A DNA stretch of 24,356 bases from Candidatus Thorarchaeota archaeon. Its GTDB lineage: Archaea; Asgardarchaeota; Thorarchaeia; Thorarchaeales; Thorarchaeaceae. The notes beneath the pieces were generated by a model. It did no database searches. It had not been told where the DNA came from and saw only the letters and a list, made by a program, of their open reading frames with translations. The stretch lies in the NCBI GenBank assembly GCA_038893995.1, contig JAWAQK010000006.1, positions 1 to 24,356 on the forward strand. Direction: 5' to 3'. Every line of letters starts with the position of its first letter. Position 1 is the first letter of the stretch. A program made the position numbers and the translations under genes. Below are positions 8,914 through 16,979 of the stretch, in pieces.

Positions 8914-11295
8914 GCCCCCTTCGAACCTTCTGACTCTCACTAGGATTGAGTTGAACCCCGGTGTATGACCGAACGCCGTGTGTCGGTCCTCAGTCAAGAC
9001 GTTGACGTTTCCATCGTCATTCCACCACCCATCGGAGAGCCAGATGACTCGTGGGTCGATGTCATTCGTGACCTCAAGACGAATGTCTGGTAGGACTCCA
9101 TGTCTTGACTCGATCGTGACCCTGTCGCCATCACTGAGTCCGAGTGACCTTGCGGTGTCCGGATGCATCCTGACGAACGATCTCCTTCCCCTCACTTCGT
9201 CCCGACATGGCATCCTGATGGGCTGGACGATCACCCCGAAGGGACAGTAGTCAAGCTCGCACTCCCTGCATCCTATGCACAGACTTGGGTCCCAACTCGG
9301 TACCAATAGACTGGTGATTTCCAGAGGGACTGCCAGAGGTCTGCTATCCGATCTGACTGAGAGGCCTCTGACGTGTTCGGTCAGTCTGACCCTCAGTTTT
9401 GCTCGAGCGTTGGTCATGCCTTCTTCCGCCGCGGCGACAATCTGTGCAGCGCTTGGCGGCACGAGGGAGATCGCCTTGTCCGGACACTTCTCGACGCATC
9501 TCTGGCAGGTCGTGCACTGGGCGAAGCTCTTGACTGAACCGCCTGTACTGACTGTGGTGTACTGCGAGTGAAGCCTGTCTCTCAGCCTTCCCGAGATCAT
9601 GATGAGCGGATAGTCCCTGTACAGATCGGGCGTGCTGACAGGACTCTCTGCAGGCTCCTCGTGGAAGGGCAATGGATCGTATCCCATCTCGAGAAGGGTC
9701 CTCGAATACAGCTCGACCTTACCCGATGGTGTGTTGAATACACGGTTGGCAAACGGTATCACCTCTGACTTCGTACGTATTCCCTCGGGATGCTCTATGA
9801 GGCTCTCGAGTGAGATGTGAGCGCATTCCTCTGACCTCAACGCCTCACGAATGAGGTCGAGCTCATCGGCCTGGAAATAGTGACCGAGACCAAGCCTCTC
9901 TGCAATACCACGCCATATGTCGAGTTCGCTCCGGCACTCTCCCACTGGCTCGATCAACTTCGGTGCGTACTGTACGATACGGTGTAGCTCGCTGTACACC
10001 AAGTTGTGATGCTCGAATATGAAGGTGGCTGGCAAGACGATGTCACACATTCGTGCCGTGTCGGTCATCTCAAGATCGATACAGACCTTGAACGGAATTC
10101 TCTTCAATGCCTCAACGGTGAGACCGGTGTTGGGCCACTGAGTGAGCGGGCTTGCTGCCTGGATGACCAACACACGCAGTGGGCAGGTCGTGGAGTTCAT
10201 GATGAGCCGGGGCAAGTAAGTCGCGGACGGTACGACCGGTCTGACAGACTCGTCCAGTAGGTGGTCGAGAGTGACGCCTCGGTTGTTGAAGGGACTGCAG
10301 TCTGATGAGAGGTACTGGAAACCGCCGCCACTGACTCCAAGATAACCACATATTGCGAGGAGACTGTGTACCGCCCTTGCAGCCCAAGTACCGTTCGTGT
10401 AGTGGTTCATTCCAGCCGGGGCCGTCATGATCAGCCCTGGCCCATGCGTAGCAAAGGTCACTGCGATGTCCCGAATGATGCTCGGACTGACCCACGTGAG
10501 ACTACTCACTCGCTGCACGTCATACTCGCGCACTCTCTGACAGTACTCCTCGAAGCCCACGACATACTTCTCCACGAAATCGCGATTCCACAGCCCTCTC
10601 TCTATTATCACGTTGGCGATACCCAGTGCCAGTGCACCATCGGTCCCCGGTCGTATTGTCGTATATATGTGGGCCATCTTTGCATGCGGAGTCCTTCTGG
10701 GGTCGATCACTATCAGCTTGGCACCTCTATCGAGTGCCTCCTGTATCACTCTCTTGCAGTGAAGACTTGACTCGAACTTGTTTGTACCCCATATGACGAG
10801 ACAACGCGAGTTCGCCCAGTCTTTCAACTCATGCGGCGGGAATGGCCCGACGTTGAAACGAGCGCCCTCATATGCTCCCTTGAAGCATATCTCTGATATC
10901 CCCGGGATCATCCTGGTCCCCAGTGCATTTGCAAACCTGGCTGCGTATCTGGGTGCCATACCATCATTTCCCGATCCCGAGTATATCCCGACTGACTGGG
11001 GCCCGAACTCTCGTCTGGCCTCATCTATTCTCTGTGCGATATCGTCCAGGGCCTCGTCCCAAGATATGCGTATGAAGGAGCCATCCGGCTGTCTTCTCAG
11101 TGGATGCTTCAGTCGGTCCCCGTAGTAGGTCCTCATTGCATGGGCGTAGCCCTTAGGACAGCACCTTCCCAGCGTGTAGGGGTGATTTGGGTCTCCAAGT
11201 ATGCGTGTTACTCTGCCATCCTCGATGACTACCTGGTACGCGCATATGTCTGGGCAGTTGAGAGCACAGGCGGAGTACTTGACTTCGCGGGGCAT
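8902..11295 (-). CDS. Mo/W-bisPGD (DMSO reductase superfamily) oxidoreductase catalytic subunit with an inserted 2x[4Fe-4S] ferredoxin module
   Basis: N-terminal Fe-S motif CALNCPDIC...GRCCPKG, RLKHPL, ISWDEALD, IDPRRT, IRPGTDGALALG, TDTARMCDIVLPA and TPSGKVEL. C-terminal MHPDTARSLGLSDGDRV...NVNVLT. No Tat signal. Candidate Cys ligand in EICFKG. SD GGAGGAG upstream. Confidence 0.92.
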   Translation of the reverse strand: MPREVKYSACALNCPDICAYQVVIEDGRVTRILGDPNHPYTLGRCCPKGYAHAMRTYYGDRLKHPLRRQPDGSFIRISWDEALDDIAQRIDEARREFGPQSVGIYSGSGNDGMAPRYAARFANALGTRMIPGISEICFKGAYEGARFNVGPFPPHELKDWANSRCLVIWGTNKFESSLHCKRVIQEALDRGAKLIVIDPRRTPHAKMAHIYTTIRPGTDGALALGIANVIIERGLWNRDFVEKYVVGFEEYCQRVREYDVQRVSSLTWVSPSIIRDIAVTFATHGPGLIMTAPAGMNHYTNGTWAARAVHSLLAICGYLGVSGGGFQYLSSDCSPFNNRGVTLDHLLDESVRPVVPSATYLPRLIMNSTTCPLRVLVIQAASPLTQWPNTGLTVEALKRIPFKVCIDLEMTDTARMCDIVLPATFIFEHHNLVYSELHRIVQYAPKLIEPVGECRSELDIWRGIAERLGLGHYFQADELDLIREALRSEECAHISLESLIEHPEGIRTKSEVIPFANRVFNTPSGKVELYSRTLLEMGYDPLPFHEEPAESPVSTPDLYRDYPLIMISGRLRDRLHSQYTTVSTGGSVKSFAQCTTCQRCVEKCPDKAISLVPPSAAQIVAAAEEGMTNARAKLRVRLTEHVRGLSVRSDSRPLAVPLEITSLLVPSWDPSLCIGCRECELDYCPFGVIVQPIRMPCRDEVRGRRSFVRMHPDTARSLGLSDGDRVTIESRHGVLPDIRLEVTNDIDPRVIWLSDGWWNDDGNVNVLTEDRHTAFGHTPGFNSILVRVRRFEGGSDE

Positions 11296-11373
11296 CGTTC
11301 TCCTCCGTGATCTTCATGCTTGAATACTCATTGTTTGGGTCACGGTAGTCCGTGTCACTGGTCCACGTCAGTA

Positions 11374-11402
11374 TGATGTACATTCCTGTACATCAATGTA
11401 CT
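11374..11402. promoter_or_regulatory. Three phased TGTACA/TGTACT boxes, matching the TrpY TRP-box consensus
   Basis: TGTACA 11377-11382, TGTACA 11387-11392 and TGTACT 11397-11402, with a 10-bp period and 4-bp spacers. The first two form a perfect 9-bp inverted repeat, TGATGTACA-TTCC-TGTACATCA. They lie directly upstream of the trpB2 leader TATA box. Confidence 0.7.
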
Positions 11403-11410
11403 TAATAGGA

Positions 11411-11424
11411 CAATACTTATAAGG
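11411..11424 (+). promoter_or_regulatory. TATA-box promoter of the trpB2-1 leader transcript
   Basis: CAATACTTATAAGG, with TTATAA at 11417-11422. A near-identical CAATGCTTATAAGA sits at the equivalent position before trpB2-2. Confidence 0.72.
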
Positions 11425-11468
11425 GGGTTCACGGCATCGCCCGGTCGGTCTACCCTGAGGTGATTCGA

Positions 11469-11522
11469 ATGGTGAGCGTGTGTCTGCTCCACTGGTATTG
11501 GGGTCCGAGAGGACCCGTCTAG
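11469..11522 (+). CDS. Trp-containing leader peptide (uORF) of trpB2-1: MVSVCLLHWYWGPRGPV
   Basis: SD GAGGTGA (11457-11463), ATG 11469, two TGG codons (positions 9 and 11) and TAG 11520-11522. A same-length homolog lies upstream of the second trpB2. Confidence 0.75.
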   Translation: MVSVCLLHWYWGPRGPV

Positions 11523-11532
11523 TCAGCTCACC
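11497..11532 (+). repeat. 36-nt sequence repeated exactly at 22299-22334
   Basis: ATTGGGGTCCGAGAGGACCCGTCTAGTCAGCTCACC is present in both trpB2 leaders. Confidence 0.97.
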
Positions 11533-11682
11533 GTCCACCGAGGGTATCTCTTCTGTTTCTCTTGCGCGCTCGGCACCCACTGAGTGGAAGGGCGGATTGA
11601 GCTCTCAGATGTCAGTGGTCTCCGCACGGTACTCCATCAACATCTCAGGACAGACCACCTCAGAACAATGGTGAGATCCGAG

Positions 11683-12993
11683 ATGAAGACAGAATTCACA
11701 CGAGTGATCTTGAACCAAGAAGACCTTCCGAAGAACTATGTGAACATCGTACCGCATCTGAGAAGTCCTCTGCCCCCTCCCATCGATCCTCGCACGTCTC
11801 AGCCGATCGACCCCGAGGCGCTGAAGGCACTCTTTCCTGTCGAATGCATAAGACAGGAGGTGAGTACGGCCAGGGAGATCCGGATACCGGACGAACTCCG
11901 CGAGGCATACCTACAGATAGGACGTCCGACCCCACTCCAGAGAGCCGTGCATCTCGAGGCGGCCCTGAAGACACCAGCTAGGATATACTTCAAGCGAGAG
12001 GACACATCTCCAACTGGGAGCCACAAGCTCAATACAGCATTGGCACAGGCCTACTTCGCATCGAAGGAGGGTACTGAGAGGCTCGCCACGGAGACCGGTG
12101 CAGGGCAATGGGGGAGCGCTGTTGCGTACGCCGCGGCGCACTTCGGTCTGAAGGCCACCATCTACATGGTCAGTGCAAGCTACGAGCAGAAACCCTACCG
12201 AGGCATCATGATGAGGATGTATGGAGCCGATGTGACTCCCTCGCCATCCGACCGTACTGAGGTGGGTCGAAAGATCAGGGCTACTGACCCAAACCATCCC
12301 GGCTCTCTCGGGATAGCCATCAGCGAGGCTCTCGAAGACACCATGAATAGTCCAAACACCAAATACACACTCGGCTCGGTCCTGAATCATGTCCTGCTAC
12401 ATCAGACAGTGATCGGACAGGAGGTCGTCCAGCAGCTCAGGATGATTGGTGAGACTCCCGATGTGATAGTGGGATGTGTCGGCGGTGGTAGCAACTTTGC
12501 AGGCATGAGCTATCCCTTTCTGGCGCGGTCCGAATACCGTGATGTCGATTTCCTGGCCGTGGAACCTGTCGTTTGCGGAAAGATGACTAGGGGAGAGTAT
12601 CGTTACGACTATGGCGATTCTGCTGGCCTGACACCCATGTTGAAGATGCACACGCTCGGGGCAGACTTCACCCCGCCGCGGATTCATGCAGGAGGTCTCA
12701 GGTATCACGGTGTCGCTCCGACCATCAGTGCACTGATACTGGAGGGCCGCATCCGGCCAGTGGCATATGAGCAGGTCGAGGTGCTTGAGGCCGGCCGACT
12801 CTTCGCTCGTTCAGAGGGAATCGTGCCCGCTCCCGAGTCGTCTCACGCCATAAAGGCGGTCATTGATCTTGCCCTCAAGGCCAAGCAGGAGAAGCGGGAG
12901 CGTGTCATCGTGTTCAACCTCTCCGGTCACGGTCACTTCGACATGGCGGCCTACGGCTCTCTGATGGACGGGACGCTCGGCAGCGCAGCCTAA
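11683..12993 (+). CDS. trpB2: Tryptophan synthase beta chain, TrpB2 type (copy 1)
   Basis: PLP lysine motif [38 protein letters not shown], the TrpB2-specific HAGGLRYHG, and [12 protein letters not shown] 11683 follows GGTGAG and aligns with the copy 2 N-terminus; ATG 11668 is an alternative start. Confidence 0.95.
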   Translation: MKTEFTRVILNQEDLPKNYVNIVPHLRSPLPPPIDPRTSQPIDPEALKALFPVECIRQEVSTAREIRIPDELREAYLQIGRPTPLQRAVHLEAALKTPARIYFKREDTSPTGSHKLNTALAQAYFASKEGTERLATETGAGQWGSAVAYAAAHFGLKATIYMVSASYEQKPYRGIMMRMYGADVTPSPSDRTEVGRKIRATDPNHPGSLGIAISEALEDTMNSPNTKYTLGSVLNHVLLHQTVIGQEVVQQLRMIGETPDVIVGCVGGGSNFAGMSYPFLARSEYRDVDFLAVEPVVCGKMTRGEYRYDYGDSAGLTPMLKMHTLGADFTPPRIHAGGLRYHGVAPTISALILEGRIRPVAYEQVEVLEAGRLFARSEGIVPAPESSHAIKAVIDLALKAKQEKRERVIVFNLSGHGHFDMAAYGSLMDGTLGSAA

Positions 12994-13187
12994 TTTCTCC
13001 CGACATGTGGGCTGAAGGGCCTGTGACAGTCGCTGGGGTCCGCCTTGGGAAACCGGGGTGAACCCCTAATGACTCCTGCTGCGGGAATGTTCTTAATCTG
13101 CCGAGTAGGTCACCGGGGTCAGCAGCTCCGCATCTGTATCTTGTGTCTGAGATTCAGACATGTTCTCAACAGGGAGTGAAAGTCAGG

Positions 13188-16100
13188 ATGAAGACCGAGT
13201 GCATGGACATAGAGATAGTGGAGTATCGAGATGACTTGGCTGAGGCACTCGCCCACATGTACAACACTTGGGACACACTCTGGCCGACCGGATATACACG
13301 TGGGGTACCCTACACGGCCGAGAGGGTCAGAAAGGAACTTGGAACAATGAATGCAATATCCATCCTGATTGCGATCGACAGACAATCTGGACGCCCTGTC
13401 GGATCCTGCACGCTCCATGCCCACATGAGGGACACTGATGCTGCTTACATTGGAGTCTTGGGAGTGTCCCCTGAGGCTCTCAACAAGAGGGTTGGCAAGA
13501 GGTTGCTGCTCAGGGCAATCGAAGTAGCACTCGAACGTGGCTATGGTCGAGTTGACCTGAACACGTGGGCCGGTAATCTCAGAGCGGTACCTCTCTACAA
13601 GCGAGTGGGCATGATGTGGAATCCCGAAGGCATGGGCGTCACCATGGAAGACTATGTCCCTGCGATACTTGCACACCCACTCTGCAGAGGGTTCTTCTCA
13701 GGCACGAGTCCTGACGAGTGGTACAGTCTTCTTCGAAGGGAGATCAAACAGGCACCGGACGATCTGACCGTCGACGGGATGAGGGTCTACGAGTATAGGT
13801 TTGAGAGGGGAGATGACACCCTGACTGTCCGTGTTGACCGCCACTGCAAGGCAATATCCTCCGTCGAGAGTGTCGTGAGCGGTAAGAGACTCAGGGTCAG
13901 CACCAGACTTGCACACCACGATGTGCAGATAGGACTGAAGTCGCGACACATTCTTGAGATTGTCAATGGCACTGACCAGCAGCTGAAGGTGGCTGCCTCG
14001 CTCAAGGTCTTCGATGGCATATCGCTGGACGGCGTACCCAGTGCCGAATTCACTGTTGAACCGGGTGACCAAGTGACATGGGTGGTAACACTACGTCCTG
14101 ATGACAATGCACCCCTCTCAGTGGTCGGAAAGAGGACTCCCGCAATCATCACGAGTCTAGTAATAGATGGACTGGTATGTGAGCTCTCGACTGGACCATT
14201 CGTGCAACCTATCGCCGAGATAGTCAATGAGGAGAATGAGTGCATTATCGGTCCGGGTGGCGACGTCATCCTTCCGCTATCCATATTGAGTTCTGCGGAC
14301 ATGACACTGAGAGGCAAGATCGAGCTGGAGACGTCGCAAGCCGGTCTGACCATCAGTCCGTCCTCAGCAGACATCGTACTCTCTCCACGAGGCAGGGCCG
14401 GGGCTATGATACATGTAGTCGCTGACACGAGTCTTCCACACGGGGCGTATAGCATCAGGGCACGCCTCAGACTGGAACCAGACCGCACTTCTCCGGACGC
14501 TCCAATTGTCACCGGCTGGTCCAAGCTTCGCGTGTTCTGTCTCGCAGATATGAGAGCTGCTGTATCAACTGACGAGGTCAAGCGCGAGGTAGTGGTTGCC
14601 TCTGTCGGATACATTGCCAGATTGCAGGTCGAGGGAGGTGCGTTGATTGTCTATAGTCCAATCGGTTCTATGGATAGTCCGATCTTCAGAGCATCTGATG
14701 TAGGGCCTCCCTTTGGAATTGGCCCTCTGCGTCAGGCAGACCGCATCCCGAGAATAGCGGAGGATCCTCATCAGACGACTGTCGTGATGTCCGTGGATCA
14801 TCCCGAACGACCCCTGAGGCTTGAGGATCGATACATCTTCGAGCACAATGGCATGATCGTGCGGCATGAGATATGGGTCGAGAACACGGGTTCTGTTCCC
14901 GAGACGATTCAGGCCAGGGCGACGGGACGGTTGGGTGGGATCGGTCTCAGCCCCGGGGTGTGCTACGTACCTCTCGAGCACGGAGTTGTCCGGAACGATC
15001 TGAGTGACATCACCTTCTCGTATCCCGTGATCCCCAGCGACCCAACGAGGTTCAGTGAGGGATGGTTCGCTGTTGAGAGGACACAATCGTACGCCCTCGG
15101 CCAGTTCTGGAAACCCAGTGCAGTCGAAGAGGTGCAGTTGGCACAGGACCAAGTTGGCAACGTGGTGTTCCCGAGCACCACTCTGCCGCCCAGAGAGAGT
15201 CGCAAGGTCGGGGAGATCTGGATGGTCTTTGGCGCCCGTGATTGGAGAGAGGTCCAACAGATCTGGCGCCACAGAGTAGTTGGCGTGGTCACTGATGGAG
15301 TGGTGAAGAGTGGCATCTATCCATTGATGGCCCCTGTCGATGTCCTCGTCAGACCTGCGGTGATTCCTCATCTCCGCGAAACAGATGTGACCATCAAGTT
15401 GGCCACCCGAAGGGGCCCAACGGTAGTGAGCCTGACGGTCGAGCCTCCAGAGGGTTGGAGCTGCGACCCACAGACCATCAGTGAGCTGAGATTGGATGGC
15501 GAGAGTGACCTGAGCGTAGTCCTGACACCATCTGACGATGTTCCACGAGACCGGCTGGTCCATCGAGGTCGCGTACGGCTCATGGCAGCAGTCGAGAGAG
15601 TTGTCCCCCTGCGGGTGATCCAACTGGGACACGGAGGGTCTCTACAGGTGGTGGGTATCGAACGAGAGGGGCTTGAGGTATTCCAGGTGACCACTGATGC
15701 ATGTGAATTCCAGGTGTCAGCTGAGTACGGCGGCTGTATGATATCTCTCAGGAATTCTTCCAAGACCGAGTTCCTGAAGTCAAGCTTCCCAACACCGACT
15801 CCCAGAGAAGGCGGTTTTATGGAGAACTACTATGGGGGTGTGCAGCCAATTATATGGTCTGACAGCCCGTCCGACGGTCTCACAAGGGCCCGTACCAACA
15901 GGGAGAACATGGTTGCCAGAATGGTCGAGATTGGGTGTTGGAGGGGTGTCGAGGTGTCTTGGAAATCGGTGCTGCAGAGGATCATTCGCGGGATGGATGT
16001 CGCTGTCCAGTATCTCACCTGTGCAGGAAGTCCCCTTGTCCTGGTCAGAATGTTACTCCGCAACAGCACTGCGAGCCCGACGGCCATTAACCCGTCCTTC

Positions 16101-16466
16101 ATGACTGACATCGCGATTGACACGTCACCACCGGGCTGGGTAATGAGGACTGACTGGCTGGACGGGAGGTCCGACGTATACCTGGGGTCACTACCCATTG
16201 CGGCAGCTCCTTCCAGTCGAGTACTCCTTGTCAGACGTGGAGGGCCTATCTGTGACAGTGTTGCTATGATTGCAGACCCCGAGCAGTCACGAGTCATTGG
16301 TGTGTGCTTCCAAGACATGCTCATGCTTGGTGCGTTCGGAAAGATGTTGGTGTTGCCGGGCGAACACAGAGAACTTGTGCTATGCCTTGCAGTCAATATC
16401 TGTTCAGATGAGGACCTTCTGGACGTCCAGAATGCCCTGAGGGAGATCGCCAACTCCGTGAGGTGA
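13188..16466 (+). CDS. Large (~1,090 aa) protein with an N-terminal GNAT acetyltransferase domain followed by beta-rich/Ig-like domains
   Basis: GNAT acetyl-CoA motif A (YIGVLGVSPEALNKRVGKRLL) and motif B (WAGNLRAVPLYKRVG). ATG 13188 follows GGAGTGA; ATG 13203 is an alternative start. Confidence 0.85.
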   Translation: MKTECMDIEIVEYRDDLAEALAHMYNTWDTLWPTGYTRGVPYTAERVRKELGTMNAISILIAIDRQSGRPVGSCTLHAHMRDTDAAYIGVLGVSPEALNKRVGKRLLLRAIEVALERGYGRVDLNTWAGNLRAVPLYKRVGMMWNPEGMGVTMEDYVPAILAHPLCRGFFSGTSPDEWYSLLRREIKQAPDDLTVDGMRVYEYRFERGDDTLTVRVDRHCKAISSVESVVSGKRLRVSTRLAHHDVQIGLKSRHILEIVNGTDQQLKVAASLKVFDGISLDGVPSAEFTVEPGDQVTWVVTLRPDDNAPLSVVGKRTPAIITSLVIDGLVCELSTGPFVQPIAEIVNEENECIIGPGGDVILPLSILSSADMTLRGKIELETSQAGLTISPSSADIVLSPRGRAGAMIHVVADTSLPHGAYSIRARLRLEPDRTSPDAPIVTGWSKLRVFCLADMRAAVSTDEVKREVVVASVGYIARLQVEGGALIVYSPIGSMDSPIFRASDVGPPFGIGPLRQADRIPRIAEDPHQTTVVMSVDHPERPLRLEDRYIFEHNGMIVRHEIWVENTGSVPETIQARATGRLGGIGLSPGVCYVPLEHGVVRNDLSDITFSYPVIPSDPTRFSEGWFAVERTQSYALGQFWKPSAVEEVQLAQDQVGNVVFPSTTLPPRESRKVGEIWMVFGARDWREVQQIWRHRVVGVVTDGVVKSGIYPLMAPVDVLVRPAVIPHLRETDVTIKLATRRGPTVVSLTVEPPEGWSCDPQTISELRLDGESDLSVVLTPSDDVPRDRLVHRGRVRLMAAVERVVPLRVIQLGHGGSLQVVGIEREGLEVFQVTTDACEFQVSAEYGGCMISLRNSSKTEFLKSSFPTPTPREGGFMENYYGGVQPIIWSDSPSDGLTRARTNRENMVARMVEIGCWRGVEVSWKSVLQRIIRGMDVAVQYLTCAGSPLVLVRMLLRNSTASPTAINPSFMTDIAIDTSPPGWVMRTDWLDGRSDVYLGSLPIAAAPSSRVLLVRRGGPICDSVAMIADPEQSRVIGVCFQDMLMLGAFGKMLVLPGEHRELVLCLAVNICSDEDLLDVQNALREIANSVR

Positions 16467-16610
16467 CCGATGAAACACCTGACGGCAAGACATGTTCATG
16501 TCGACCACTCTGAGCCCCTCCTATGGAAACCTGCTCGGTTGGATCATCAGGACGGCAGAATACACTTTAGTCCGTTCCTGATGTCCATTGCCATTCGGGG
16601 TGACCGCATC

Positions 16611-16979
16611 ATGCCGGACCCGCCTAATGACCTTGTTGGACGACTGTTGCATCTGCTTTTGTCAAGAGTAACGAAGAGTGGAGTTGCCAGGCTGTCGACG
16701 AGTAGACAGGAATTGACAGTGGTGATTGAGACAGACTACTACCCCGTGAAACTGGTCTGGGGTGACGGTGTCCGCGTGACTCCGGACTGGTCAGGGGGCT
16801 CAGACATCACTGTCAAGACCTCAATGGACTGCATCGTGAGGGTAGCCTCTGGCCAGAGCACTCTTCTCAGGGAGATCCTGAGTCGCCGGATACGGGTGAG
16901 TGGGCTGGTGTGTCACCCGTTTGCAACAGCCCGGGTCTACAGACTGTTGTCAGCTGCTTTGAGGGGACAGGTCGGATGA
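16611..16979 (+). CDS. SCP2 sterol-carrier-like domain protein
   Basis: ATG 16611 follows SD GGGGTGA. The C-terminal pattern SDITVKTSMDCIVRVASGQSTLLREILSRRIRVSG fits SCP2. Its stop overlaps the next start (ATGA). Confidence 0.7.
   Translation: MPDPPNDLVGRLLHLLLSRVTKSGVARLSTSRQELTVVIETDYYPVKLVWGDGVRVTPDWSGGSDITVKTSMDCIVRVASGQSTLLREILSRRIRVSGLVCHPFATARVYRLLSAALRGQVG

Larger units (their letters stand above)
11469..11682 (+). promoter_or_regulatory. Structured 5' leader / candidate attenuator of trpB2-1
   Basis: GGGTCC-GAGA-GGACCC hairpin (11501-11516); alternative helices 11469-11477/11526-11534 versus 11525-11536/11590-11603; pyrimidine tract 11547-11563. Confidence 0.65.

Noticed and set aside
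11497-11532. 36-nt repeat as a CRISPR repeat or IS/MITE end
   Set aside because: There are only two copies, 10.8 kb apart, each at the same position before trpB2. No spacers, cas genes, transposase or target-site duplications.
11480-11674. ORF-track peptides sharing 'LGSERTRLVSSPS' (11480-11674 and 22198-22521), and ORF 22281-22490
   Set aside because: The similarity arises only from the 36-nt identical DNA block read in other frames. Starts, lengths and stops are not conserved, unlike the SD-led 17-codon Trp frame.
11469-11682. T-box riboswitch, tRNA or SECIS interpretation of the leader
   Set aside because: No T-box UGGNACC bulge consensus, no cloverleaf or TpsiC motif, and no in-frame UGA selenoprotein nearby.
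11584-11682. N-terminal extension of TrpB2-1 in the ORF track
   Set aside because: It has no counterpart in copy 2 and overlaps the structured leader. SD and alignment favour ATG 11683 (or 11668).
13144-13160. Inverted repeat TGTCTGA-GAT-TCAGACA upstream of the GNAT gene
   Set aside because: A single 7-bp stem with no second occurrence; it could be an operator but cannot be supported.
14565-15632. Long antisense ORFs (14565-15632, 13787-14614, 19611-20405, 7633-8346 and others)
   Set aside because: They are shadows of well-supported genes in moderately GC-rich DNA, with no recognisable motifs.
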